From Somniosus microcephalus (lineage: Eukaryota): a stretch of 64,000 nt of DNA. The DNA lies in the NCBI GenBank assembly GCA_052327205.1, contig CM126222.1:70184001-70248000 (forward strand), given 5' to 3'. Each line of letters begins with the position of its first letter. Within the stretch, counting starts at the first letter, position 1. Below the pieces are notes generated by a model. That model saw nothing but the letters and a program-made list of their open reading frames with translations. It was not told the DNA's origin and ran no database searches. Position numbers and translations under genes: made by a program. Of this stretch, positions 35,927-48,308 are shown in pieces.

Positions 35927-37536
35927 AATATTCCTAAACTGCAAAGGAAATGTAGACATTAATTATCTGCAAGCGAGCATGAGCTGCGATATACAGGAAA
36001 CTGTAAGGCTGTACATCTTATTTGTAGAAATAGAAACTATATTACCTTGATTTATTCCTTCTCCCCCCATGGATTAATACAAACACAAAGACCAATTGCG
36101 TTACTGTACAACACTATGACCTTTTCAAATCTTACTGGTTTCACAGTTACATTGAATAAGAAGGCAGTATACAATGTATAGTTATGCATACATTTCTGCA
36201 TTTACTTTTAAAGAAAACCACAGCAAAATATGTACAACTATCTACAATTATCAGCAAGGAAAATTCTGCAGGCATGTCGGCCCTAATCTGTTTTAATCTT
36301 GAAACAGCAATCAAATGAACAAGTTGGCACTTTGCCATTGAGACACCATCTGTCATCCATGGCATGTAAGCTATTTCCCGTTACACTGCATGCATCATAG
36401 GTCAGTCGCAGTCTGCTTTTAATACAAAAACTTTTAGTGTGGCAGACTGCAGATATACAGTTTTCCAGGGATTTTGACACATACAATACTGTGCATGTTT
36501 TTACAAATCCACACCATCATTCCTAATCTAGAGTTCGATATTTTTTGTTGTTGAAAATGATCAAGTCTAACAACTTCACATTACATATTAAAAACAAAGG
36601 TGCTCCAAATCATCAAAGTTTAAATCTCCTTGACTGTGGCAATATTTCAAAATACAGTAATGCTGTATTTCATAAGTAATTATTTGATAATTTCAGCATG
36701 TGCCAAGGACAAATTCTGCAGCAATAAAGGAGAATAATTCTGTAGAGGAAGTACTGCCGCAATATTAAGTACTCACACCATCATATACATATTACTCAGT
36801 TTTTGAGTTTAATAAATTGTAAATGTTACAGATTAATCCTCAATTGAAAAACTACCACGTGTAGTCCAGGAGAACAACACTTCATCTAACCAGAATCAAA
36901 CTAGATGCACTTCACGGAGATTCAGCACCAGGATCATTGCACAGCACTTTTGGCAGCTGATACGATTGTCAGTGGGTTTTTTTGTGCCAAGACAAGGCTC
37001 GTGTTTTTTTTTTTTTTTTTTTAAAAGATATTTTTCCTCCTCTTCTGCCATGCCTTGGGCAAGCGGTTTGCTGTGGCAAGGCAAGTGATTTCTTGTTCCT
37101 CAGGTCCACTCAGGAACTACCATTGTCATTGTCTTCCAGGATGTTTAATGCAAAATTGCAGTAATCAGACAGCAAACTGTACTATAGGTGGCAAGTATAG
37201 AAACTCGTGGAATTTGTCTCAAATGATTCATCACCCACGTTCACTTGCCTTAACCACCCATCCCAGACCTACACTAATACCATTATGAAACTAGATCCTG
37301 ACGCACATGCTCCTTAGTTTCTTTTCATATAGCAATGCATCTGGCCTCCACTTGGAATCCATGCAGGTAACGTCAAGGCACTGCTCTATCATGCCACGTT
37401 TTTAAATACAAATCAATTGGAAGCAGAGCATTTTTTTTTCTTTTCTTCCTCCACCACCCCACATAGAAATTTTGATGAATGGCCTTGCTCCACAAGTATC
37501 TCTTCTGTTTTTAAACCAATGATGAATAAACACTTG

Positions 37537-38369
37537 GGACTCGAATTTCCAAGCCCTGTGGAGGCGGGTTTGGAGGCGGGAGTGGTGGGAAAATTGCAGA
37601 ATCGGAGGGCAGGAACCCATCCCGCCCCCAACCCACCTCTGTGCCAATGTCCCAGGAGGCGGGTATCCGACCTGTGCTGGGAGCCGCCTCCCTGAGGCGG
37701 GAAGGGGATTAGTGCCAATTAACTGCCTGTTAACAGGTAGTTAACTGGCAGTTTTTTGCCTAATCCCTATTTTTAGCCCTGAAGTGTGGGCTTCCCGACG
37801 GCTCCAAACCACGCCAAGTTAGCGAGGCGGACCTTCGGTCTGAAGGGGTTGGAGGGGTCGAGATGTATGGTGTGCAGGGTGCATATGTGCAGAGGTAGGT
37901 GTGTGAGGTAAGTGTAAAGTGTTTTAAAGAAGTTTTACTTACCTTTACTTTCTCCTACAGGCTTCCTTCCTTCAGGTCTCGGGAGTCCCTCAGTTCACCG
38001 GCACAGAAAGCAGAATGGCCGCTGAAATGTCAAAAGCTGCAGCATTCTGCTTTCTGATCTGGAGAGATCTCTAACTGAGTCTGAGTAGAAGGACTCAAGT
38101 TAGAAGACAGATTGTCAGTGTTTGACAGCTTCACAGAGCTGTCAAACGCTGATTTTTCATCTGTCAAAAGCTCTTGACAGATGAAATGTCAATCACTGAC
38201 GTCACCAGTAACCAGGTGTCCCTTAATTGGCCTGCTGAGCCCGCTGGGTGGGCTTAAGGTCAATCAAGGGAAAATAGCGTGGGTTGGACACAAGTCGATG
38301 GAGGCGGGACTACAACCCAAAAAGTGGGAGCCCCGCCTCCATCACGTCCCCATTGACAAAATCCAGCCC
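37537..38369. mobile_element. PIF/Harbinger-type MITE, 833 bp
   Basis: Degenerate TIRs GGACTCGAATTT versus GGGCTGGATTTT (9/12); TTG on both flanks; repeated GGAGGCGGG subterminal motifs; internal hairpins. Confidence 0.65.
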
Positions 38370-39179
38370 TTGATCTTTGATGGGACAGAAGCTCTTTTCG
38401 GCATAACCAAATAACCTTTTTGAGTCAAGATTATTCTGTTGTGGTAGAAATTAATTAATTTGCTGCATACATAATAGGATGAAGTATTTCTTTTTAACAG
38501 CACTCTTCTTTCAACCCATTTACAATGTCTATATCTGATATGTGCATTAAAGTACGCAACATTTTCTTTATCTCATTCTCCAGAACATTACAGTTTACTA
38601 CGGTAGCCTTGCGCATTAGAGTTTCAACACTCACGTGCCATGGTGCGGCAGGACATGGGTTTCAATCCGTAACATCTAGTCTAAGATCCCAACATCATCC
38701 ATGCCAACACTAGAAGTATTACAGTCCGTCCCCCATCCTCCCAATTTCAAATCACAGCCTTCAGACAGATATAAAGTTGCATTGGTCAAGCCAAAAGAAA
38801 GGAACAGAGTGATCAAAAATCTACAGGTCTATAACGAGAAGACATTTATTCAAAACAAAATTGCTATGGTTATGAAGACAGCTATAATTAATAATTCCCA
38901 GTATGCTGTGTCTGGTATTCAGCCTTGTTCAAGGTACTGTGGGGCTGGTTTTTAAGCTTTTCTTCTTCTAGGACATGTACTATCAGGTAGACACAAATTC
39001 ACACTGGTCAGACCACAAACAGCATGTAAAAAAACCACTTTTTCCAAAAAGAGACACAAATCATATTTTTCTAAACATTTATAACAATTTTTGTTTCTAA
39101 ACAATTGACTTGGCAACACATTATCTATGGTATACTTTTCATTGCAGTAATAATTCTTGGAATTTAATCAAGTACTCAC

Positions 39180-39288
39180 AGATCATAATGCTGATTCCAC
39201 TTTGGGTCTAGGGTGTTCTTCACTGTGTCTGTAGAATGGCACTGACCTGACCCATCTACTACCACCTTTGCAAAGGGATCAGGGAGTC
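39180..39288 (-). CDS. SMURF2: SMURF2 exon 3 equivalent, C2 domain: (R)LPDPFAKVVVDGSGQCHSTDTVKNTLDPKWNQHYD(L); 109 nt
   Basis: Acceptor gcctttag, donor gtgagt; manual translation matches the SMURF C2 domain; phase 1-2 fits neighbours. Confidence 0.97.
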
Positions 39289-39649
39289 CTAAAGGCAAAC
39301 AAAAAAAAGCATGAAATTTTGTTCAGTTACTATGCCATCTTAATTTTCTCACAGAAAAGGATTACTACAAAAGTAATTCCATTTATTCTTAGAAAGTTAT
39401 ACACTAGAATGACATTTTAACAATACTGTATACAAACCACACTATTTTTATGAAGACTTTTTCCTTCAAAGAAAACTCTCTCTTCTCATCCCCCACAAAA
39501 AAAGTATTTCACCCTCCTCTCCGAAAGACAGCAGTTCATGCTGCAATACAGTTCCAACTCTCAGAACTGTTGTTAATGTTTTTGATGAAGACCTTTCTTC
39601 AAACAGTTTTAAAGATATGTCAGTACCCAAAATTTTTACTTGTCTGTTC

Positions 39650-39742
39650 ACTCCACAAATGTTCACGGACATGCTGTGCGTGTACTTCCAGCATTTTCTG
39701 CTTTTATTTCAGATTTCTAGCATCACCAGTACTTTGCTTTTC
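39650..39742 (+). mobile_element. Penelope-like terminal remnant
   Basis: ttccagcattttctgcttttatttcagatttctagcatc...tactttgctttt, same motif as 21650-21700. Confidence 0.65.
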
Positions 39743-42289
39743 ACCACATAGTACTGCTGTAGCCAACTGCAGAGCATCATTGGCAAAGGTCTGGAAGCAG
39801 ATCACTGCTGTTTGAAGCTGGGCAGCATGAGAAGACCACTAAATAGTAATCTTAACAAAATATAAGACAATTATAGTACACAGTCTATCGCATGACAAAA
39901 TATACAAGGAAATGGCAGCAAGGAGCAATATTGGTGAAGGGATAATGAGCAAGTCCAGTGGGCTGAACAAATACAATGGTCTGCAGTCAGGTAGGGAAAA
40001 CAGTGATTTTGCTCTTAACTTAACTGGAAGTAACTCGACTCCCAAATGTCCCCACAGTACACTCTTGAAGGCCCCATGCAAAAGGTTTAGACTTTTAAAT
40101 CTGTATAAAACTTTTAAAGACATCATGATCTACCTTGACAACAACAGTCATAACTGCCCACGACACACAAGCACTCCCGTTTCAGAAGACTACCATCAAG
40201 TAATTTGTACTTCAGTCATTTTTGTCATGTCTGCCATTGAATTTCCCCAATAACTACTCTGATGCTGTATGAAAATCAATAAAGTGATTGGTGTATGATG
40301 TGTGTGCCATTCTTTACAAGTATGAAATACATTCCAGAACAAATCACATCCCTACTGACAGGAAAGAAGTGAGATCATCTTTTGGAAAAGTCAACAATCT
40401 CATCGTTCCCTCTCCCTAGCAACCATGGGAGAAAATCTATATACATTATTAGATTCACGATGTTCGACTACATTTCATTGAAGAGTCTTATTACCGTGCT
40501 TTGAGCTCTCACCACCGCACCCCCCGCCCCTGACCCTACTCCACCTTCACCCTTGAAACTTCCGGTTCCAAGAGTTCAGTATCGATAGGTCGAACGTTTT
40601 ACTTGTAAAGTTAGGATCCTATCGTTTTTCCCCTGAAACAAAGTGAAAGGAACTTTTATTTTGTACCATTAATTCTACAAATGTTGAAGCAAATGGGTTT
40701 AGTAGGCAGTGCTTTGAATTCAATGCATCAGAAAAGATAATATGTAACTAGATGTTGTCACTGTTTCAAATGTGTGGGTTGTATTTTTTCATGAAAACCA
40801 TTAAGAACCAGAGATGTGTTGGGACAACTAGATTATGAAAAGTAAATGTACAACCTGCTGAACAGAAGAAAATAGAAGAGACAGAAAGACCCCTCCCACC
40901 CCACCAAAAAAACCTAATTTTTAACATATGTAACAATTGCCTTTTTCTGTCATATATGTAATACTCAGGTCATTAAAATGAATTTGGTCCACATTTTTTG
41001 TTGGCCTTCTAACAGTGCATTGCTCCAAGAGGCGCATAGTGCAACTGGTTTTCCCCAATGACAAATGGGCAAGTATTTTCCTTAGAATACTCGGGTATTT
41101 TTAATTGCAGAAATCAAGCAATAAAATCTCAAGTAGTAAAGGTGAGGTATGGGGAAGTTGTCAATAGTTTGTCTTGTTGGAAAAAGTTCCCTCCAACTCA
41201 ACATCTCCTCAAAATTACTATTTTGTATGCTACTCATGCAGCAAGTAAATGTCAAGCTTTTCCATTCCGATGCGATTTCAACCAGAGGAGACTGCCATCT
41301 TTGACTAAATCACATGTATTTCTTAAATTTAAAATCCTGTGATCGTTAAATAAAAAAAAATTCAGTGTAAAATGTGTCTGCCTGTCCTTTAAAATCTAAA
41401 ATTGCAACATTATGACATGACACTGTGGTCATCTTTGTACAGCTATTTTCATACATACAAGAACAGCTGTCCCAAATTCTGAACCAGAAGAACGGTGCTG
41501 CTCAATGACCAGAGCAGTGGCCCACGTGTCAAACACCGTCATTTATCCTCTGCTCGCCGTAGCTCACTTTTATAAAGTAAATTAATCATGACCCCCAACA
41601 CTCAAATATATACTAGAGTGCCCTTTTCTCTATAATTTCTTCCATCATCTTTTGTCCTATACTTGTAGAATTTGTTTCTTAGCACCATCTCTGGGTTCTT
41701 CATAATATTCTGTATATTAATTCAATATGATGTTATATGGCTCCAGTGGGACTTTATTGTTAAAACTAATAAATAAGACTTAAAGACACTCAAAGGCTAT
41801 GATGTACAATTGTGGGCATGAATTTAACTGTGCCACACTTAACTACATCAGGTCAGGGCATGCACATTTAATTATGCACCACTCTGCCTATACATCATTC
41901 GATCCAATTTATAGAGCACTCTAAACACATTATTTTGGTCAAGTCTCCTACGCCAATAGTGAAGTCATGCAACACTTTTCCCTTCCCTACTCACTTTATA
42001 ATGTATTTTTACATAGCGGCCAAAAATATACCGCATAGCAGTCTGCCTCAGTTCTATAGTGAGACGTGGTTTGTAATTTATGTTGTATTTGATGGTGTGA
42101 TTGAGCTAATTTTGCCCAGTTATAGGAAGGGGGGTTTCGGGGGGGGGGGGGGGGGGGGGGGAAAGAAGAGGGGGGAACAGCTAAAAGATTCGAAGAAAGA
42201 GAAAGCGAATAAAAACAATTCTCAGTCGAGTGTTTGTTTTAAGCACTAACCATTAGCAAAACCTTATCTATTGAGCTGGTCTTGCTATT

Positions 42290-42929
42290 CTGTTCACAAC
42301 CTCCGTGTCGTACTGGTCCCCAAGCTGAGCCCGGCCACATATCCTCTCCGTCACAAAGATCACCTACTTCCACCTCCGTAATACTGCCCGTCTCTGGCCC
42401 TGCCACAGCCCATCTGCTGCTGCAAACGTCATCCGTGCCTTTGTTACCTCCAGACTTGACTATTCCAATGCTCTCCTAGCCGGGCTCCCATTTTCCACCC
42501 TCCATAAACTTAAGCTCATCCAAAACTTTGCTGTCCATACGTCTCAGTCGCCCATCGCCCCGTGCTCACTGATTGATATTGGCTCACGGTCCAGGAATGC
42601 ATAGATTTAAGAATTCTCATTCTAGTGTTTAAATCCCTCCATGGCCTCACTCCTCCCTATCTCTGTAACCTCCTCTAGCCCTACAAACCTCCAAGAACTC
42701 TGCGTTCCTCCAACTCGGACCTCTTGTGCATCCCTCGCTTCCTTCGCCACAACATTGGCAGCCGTGCCTTCAGCTGTCTAGGCCATAAACTCTGAAATTC
42801 CCTCCCTAAACCTCTCCGTCTAATGTCTCCTCCTTTCGCTCGGTGTCAATTTTGTCTGATTACGCTCCTGTTAAGTGTTTTGGGACATTTTACTACATTA
42901 AAGGCGCTATATAAATACAAGTTGTTGTT
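42290..42929 (+). mobile_element. L2 LINE 3' fragment
   Basis: FVTSRLDYSNALL motif (tttgttacctccagacttgactattccaatgctctc), typical of L2 ORF2, plus tail. Confidence 0.9.
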
Positions 42930-43619
42930 TTCTAATTAAACAATGCATGAAAGCAGCTCCACTGTTGAACTCAGATGTTCCTCTTGGATCACCCTGTGCT
43001 AACTAATCTTACCATAATGATTATAGGGATCAAGAAGGTCCCATTCCAACCCATGTCGTTTGTTATGATGCATGAGCACTGCAAATGACCAAAGAAACCA
43101 GAACAGGATTTCATTAATCATAAAGGATCATTTATACATCAAACTATGACAACCTTTTTACATTGTTTTGGGTTCTCCAAAAACACACACCAGTTAGAAT
43201 CTTGATTTTTTTTACTACATTGTTCTTGTTCTTAAAAATATTCAAAAGGGACAAAGCTGATCAGGTAACCTTGACTTTAATGTAAGTATTGTACAACTTG
43301 AAGTTTATTCATTGAATGATGTCCCATTAATCCAACAACTTTCAGTAATTACAATTGATAGTCTTCATACCATGAAATGAGGGAGATAGGCTAGCGCACT
43401 CAGTGCTAAATTCCTGATCGCATCCATGTTGCACAGTACAGCAGGTGGTGGACTAATCAGGCGAAATTTCCCTATAGAGTCACATGTGATAATCCCTGGT
43501 GGCCAGCGAGACTGGTGTATAGAGTAGGTCACGCGGATTTGAGAAATGAGAAACTTGTATCAATACTTCATTCCAAAATATGCCACTTGGCCCACTGAGT
43601 TTGTCCATTATAGAAATAC

Positions 43620-43975
43620 ACTGGGGCTCCACCAATCGATTTGTGTGGTGTGCAACTGAACCATATAGACTAGGTAGGTTCCTGGTTCAATCTCTGGTTT
43701 GTGTTGAATTAGTGAGCATCAACTGGCAATACAGTGCTACATTAGGCTACACTGTCCCTGGGCTAGGATGGATATAGAGAAGAAAGCTAGTTGCTATCCA
43801 ATGACTCCTGCTGTAAAGTACATATGAGAACACTGAGTAAAGATAGCATGGGGCTGGGGTGTGATGCCCCCCACAGTTCAATAGCCCACTAATACTCAAT
43901 ATCTAAGTCCACATATGAATGTCAACTAGACCATGTCAGTGGAGGGCTGCCAGTACCCTTGGAACTGTGCCAGAG
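43620..43975 (+). mobile_element. Old tRNA-derived SINE (AmnSINE2/Nin-like, tentative)
   Basis: B-box-like ggttcaatct; gctatccaatgactcctgctgtaaagt and gtgatgccccccacagttcaatagccc core blocks. Confidence 0.65.
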
Positions 43976-44819
43976 TGAGCAAGCAGGGGCTGCTTATGGT
44001 ACGTACTTCCAGGAGAGAACTGCTGGTGGTGGGAGTAAACAAGGGAAGAACAGGAAAGGGAAACAATGAAAAATTGAAACATACAGCTCCATGCAAATCT
44101 AATGACACTATTCAGTCTACACACAGCCACATCAGTAATGGTGAAGTTACTCTACTGAGCAGTTGTCAATAGTTGCTACTGTTCAGTATATCTAAACTCA
44201 TTAGAACACAATCTCTCCAAATACTACCAATTTGGATCAGTTGTTGTAAAGCTGAAGTGCATCAATATCATACCTCAGAAATGTATACACTTGAATTTGA
44301 CTAATGTTATACACTAAATTACAAATAGAATAGCTTTCTGGCAAGTGATTTTTTTTTTAAGCCTACTTTACACTACTTAATGGAATGATATGTAAAAATC
44401 TTTAAAGTGCATTATTATACAACTAATTTTCATTACTTTTAGGGTTATGAATATTGCCAAGATAGTCTCATCTAGTGACATGCAGCTGGAATACTTACGG
44501 AAGAAGTCTTTCTTCACCAAATTCTTAGCACATAATACTAGAAATAAAAAAGGAAAAAAATTACTTAAAATCTGAAACAACATTTAATTTGATTCCAGTA
44601 ACTTAATAAAATGTCCAAGCATTTTAATTAATGTTAATTTAAACAATGCAACTCATTAGATAGTATCAATTATAGATTAAAGAAAACTACAAATGCTGTT
44701 GATCTGAAATCACCACTAGGAAAGAATGCCCTACTAAAAACATTATAGCATTGGACAGAAACTACGTATCGTAAGCAGCCCTTGCTTGCTCACTCTGTGA
44801 TACAGTTCCAAGGGTACTG
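43951..44819. repeat. Inverted repeat pair (43951-44008 / 44760-44819) enclosing SMURF2 exon 2
   Basis: 52 matching positions over ~60 nt, in perfect blocks of 18, 15, 10 and 6 bp. Confidence 0.9.
44499..44537 (-). CDS. SMURF2: SMURF2 coding exon (human exon 2 equivalent), C2 domain: (V)LCAKNLVKKDFF(R); 39 nt, phase 1-1
   Basis: Minus strand reads tttatttctag|TA TTA TGT GCT AAG AAT TTG GTG AAG AAA GAC TTC TTC C|gtaagt. The peptide matches the recalled SMURF2 N-terminus (NLVKK; SMURF1 has NLAKK) and splices in frame to the next exon. Confidence 0.95.
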
Positions 44820-44987
44820 AAAATAAGTTAAATTTATCCCAACTTGGATCACTATTAAATCAATGCCAATACTGTGACTAGCTATCACAGCACTGTAAAA
44901 TCCCAGCTACACTTCATAAACGCTTCTTATTGCCACTGGTGTGAATAGTTTGGAACTACGTTGCATCCATTTAACCTTTTTCTTTTA

Positions 44988-45634
44988 AGATCATAGAATG
45001 GTTACAGCACTGAAGGAGGCCACTCCCACTCCCCCCCACCCTTTCCCTGTAGCCCTGCAATTTTTTTTCCTTCAGGTACTTATCCAACTCCCTTTTGAAA
45101 GCCGTGATTGAGTCTGCCTCCACCACCCTCTCAGGCAGTGCATTTCAGATCCTAACCACTCACTGAGTAAAATAGTTTTTCCTCATGTCGCCTTTGGTTC
45201 TTCTGCCAATCACCTTAAATCTGTGTCCTCTGGTTCTCGACCCTTCTGCCAATGGGAACAGTTTCTCCTCTAACTACTCTGTCCAGACCCATCATGATTT
45301 TGAACACCTCTATCAAATCTCCTCTCAATCTTCTCTGCTCTAAGGAGAACAACCCCAGCTTCTCCAGTCTATCCACGTAACTGAAGTCCCTCATCGCTGG
45401 AAGCATTCTCGTAAATCTTTTCTGCACACTCTCCAAGACCATCACATCCTTCCTAAAGTGCGGTGCCAAGAATTGGACACAAGACTCCAGTTGAGGCCGA
45501 ACCAGTGTTTTATACAGGTTCATCATAATTTCTACGCTTTTGTACTCTATACCTCTATTCATGAAGCCCAGGATGCTGTAAGCTTTAACTGCTTTCTCAA
45601 CCTGCCCTGCCATCTTCAATGATTTGTGCACATA
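44988..45634 (-). mobile_element. CR1 3' fragment (type B)
   Basis: ORF 45215..45685 contains LYKTLVRPQLESCVQF...RLEKLGLFSLEQRRLRGDLI; closely similar to 973-1456. Confidence 0.92.
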
Positions 45635-46131
45635 TTTAAGAATCTTATTTAAAATACATCCATTCTGTAATCCATATAGCATCAAATAGCAACAATGTAC
45701 TCAAGGCATATGTTTGTTTTCAAGCACAGCAGTGATCAATTGGACACAAGAAGCTGAATTCTGTATCGCCCAATGAATGGGTGTTGTGTTTTTTTAATAA
45801 AATACTTAGAAATAATGACTACTGATTACATGACCATGAAACAGAGTGCCAAATTACAAAGACAGTCACACCAGTAAGGAGTAAGTTTCTGCAGAACAGC
45901 AGAGAATTCACAAAGCTATAGGAGCCATCACAGTATTGATATTAAACCCTTGTCCGTGACGTGCTGATGTGTATTTCTCCGGTCATTGACAGCACTCCTG
46001 AACATAAACAATCCAATCTCCAGCAAACTGATGGCAGCACATCAACAAGATTTTCGTGGGTCTTGCAATCTGCCAGCTCTTCTATTAATTGTCTGTTCAA
46101 CACGGTGCTGGTTCAATGCATTAGTGTGTTA

Positions 46132-48010
46132 CAGAAAAAGATTGGTGAAGTCAAGCGTAGGTCCCTTGTGATCAGAATCAGGGGAATTTATAATGGGGAA
46201 CAAAGAAATGGCTGACCAATTAAATACATATTTTGGTTCTGTCTTCACAAAGGAGGACACAAATAACCTCCCAGAGATGTCAGGGAACATAGGGTCTGAT
46301 GCAAGGGAGGAACTGAAAGAAATCAGTATTTGTAGGGAAATGGTGTTAGGGAAATTGATGGGATTGAAGGCCGATAAATCCCCAGGGCCTGATAATCTAC
46401 ATCCTAGGGTACTTAAGGAAGTGGCCCTAGAAATAGTTGATGCTTTGCTGATCATCTTCCAGCATTCGATGTAATCTGGAACAGTACCCATGGATTGGAG
46501 GGTAGCTAATGTTACCCCACTATTTAAAAAAGGTGGTAGAGAGAAAACGGGGAATTACAGACCGGTAAGCCTGACATCAGTAGTGGGGAAAATGCTCGAG
46601 TCCATTATAAAAGATGTAATAGCAGAGCACTTGGAAAACAGTGACAGGATCGGGCAAAGTCAACATGGATTTACAAAAGGTAAATCGTGCTTGACTAATC
46701 TACTGGAATTTTTTTGAGGATGTAACTAGTAAAATAGATAAGGGAGAACCAGTGGATATGGTGTATTTGGACTTTCAGAAGGCTTTCGATAAGGTCCCGC
46801 ATAAGAGATTAGCGTGTAAAGTTAAGGCACATGGGATTGGGGGCAAGGTATTGACTTGGATAGAGAACTGGTTGGTAGACAGAAAGCAAAGAGTTGGAAT
46901 AAACGGGTCTTTTTCCGAGTGGCAGGCAGTGACTAGTGGGGTACCGCAGGGATCGGTCCTTGGACCCCAGCTATTCACAATATATATTAATGATCTAGAC
47001 AAGGAAACTAGATGTAATATCTCCAAATTTGCAGACGACACAAAGCTGGGTGGGCATGTGTGCTGTGAGGAGGATGCCGAGAAACTGCGGCGCAGGCACG
47101 ATGGGCCGAAGGGCCTCTTTCTGTGCTGTAAAACTCTATGACTCTATGACTTGGACAGGTTGGGTGATTGGGCAGAAGCATGGCAGATGCAATATAACGT
47201 GGATAAATGTGAGGTTATCCACTTTGGTGTCAAAAACAGGAAGGCAGATTATTATCTGAATGGCAATAGGTTGGGAGAAGGGGAAGTGCAACGAGAGCTG
47301 GGTGTCCTTGTGCACCAGTCGCTGAAGGTAAGTATGCAGGTGCAGCAGGCGGTTAAGAAGGCAAATGGCATGTTGGCTTTCGTAGCGAGAGGGTTTGAGT
47401 ACAGGAACGCGGATGTCTTGCTGCAGTTGTACAGGGCCTTGGTGAGACCACACCTTGAGTATTGTGTGCAGTTTTGGTCGCCTTATCTGAGGAAGGATGT
47501 TCTTGCCATGGAAGGAGTTCAGCGAAGATTCACCAGGCTGATACCTGGGATGGCAGGAATGACGTATGAGGAGAGATTGGGTTGATTGGGCTTGCACTCG
47601 CTGGAGTTTAGAAGAATGAGAGGGGATCTCATTGAAACTTATAAAATTCTGACAGGACTGGACAGACTAGATGCAGGAAGGATGTTCCCGATGGTCGGGG
47701 AGTCCAGAACCAGGGGTCACAGTCTAAGGATAAGGGGTAAGCCATTGAGGACAGAGATGAGGAGGAATTTCTTCACCCAGAGAGTGGTGAACCTGTGGAA
47801 TTCTCTACCACAGAAGGCAGTAGAGGCCAATACATTAAATATATTCAAGAAGGAGTTGGATATATTTCTTAAGGCTAAAGGGATCAAGGGGTATGGGGAG
47901 AAAGCAGGGACCGGGTACTGAATTTGGATGATCAGCCATGATCGCATTGAATGGCGGAGCAGGCTCGAGGGGCCGAATGGCCTACTCCTGCTCCTATCTT
48001 CTATGTTTCT
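46132..48010 (+). mobile_element. CR1 LINE, 5'-truncated, same subfamily as 29339-32542
   Basis: ORF fragments 46193..47921 are nearly identical in translation to ORF 30728..32464; stops and frameshifts; type A tail. Confidence 0.96.
47089..47150 (+). mobile_element. Ultra-short CR1/SINE type B tail inserted into the CR1
   Basis: ggcgcaggcacgatgggccgaagggcctctttctgtgctgtaaaactctatgactctatgac is absent from the paralogous position (~31688) of the other copy. Confidence 0.85.
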
Positions 48011-48248
48011 GTTTATTTTACAGCGCAAAATAAGGTGATATTGCGAAAGCACTGAACAACGGTACTGGCTCTGTCAATTTATCAGTTTCCCATCACCCTA
48101 ACCAGCCAGTAAAGTAATTTCTCTCAAGTTCAAAGCTCACAGTGCATTGCTATATGTGATACACAGAATAAATGGTCCCCTTTTTCAGAATATAGGGGTG
48201 CAGTGCCTAATGACAATATAAATGTGTGAAAGCGGTGTACAGAGATAG

Positions 48249-48308
48249 TTTTAGTGTCATCCTCCAAGGGTATATGGTTTTAGTGTCACTCTCCAAGGGT
48301 ATATGGTA
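48249..48308. repeat. 29-bp tandem duplication
   Basis: ttttagtgtca(tc/ct)ctccaagggtatatgg twice. Confidence 0.85.

Noticed and set aside
2867-44537. Assignment to SMURF1, WWP1/2, ITCH or NEDD4
   Set aside because: The WW1 exon, NLVKKDFF, SRLFDNDLPDG and ERRVRSQRHRNY segments are SMURF2-type.
43951-44819. Inverted repeats as TIRs of a transposon that captured exon 2
   Set aside because: No target-site duplication; the left arm is continuous with SINE sequence; the exon is in its normal gene position.
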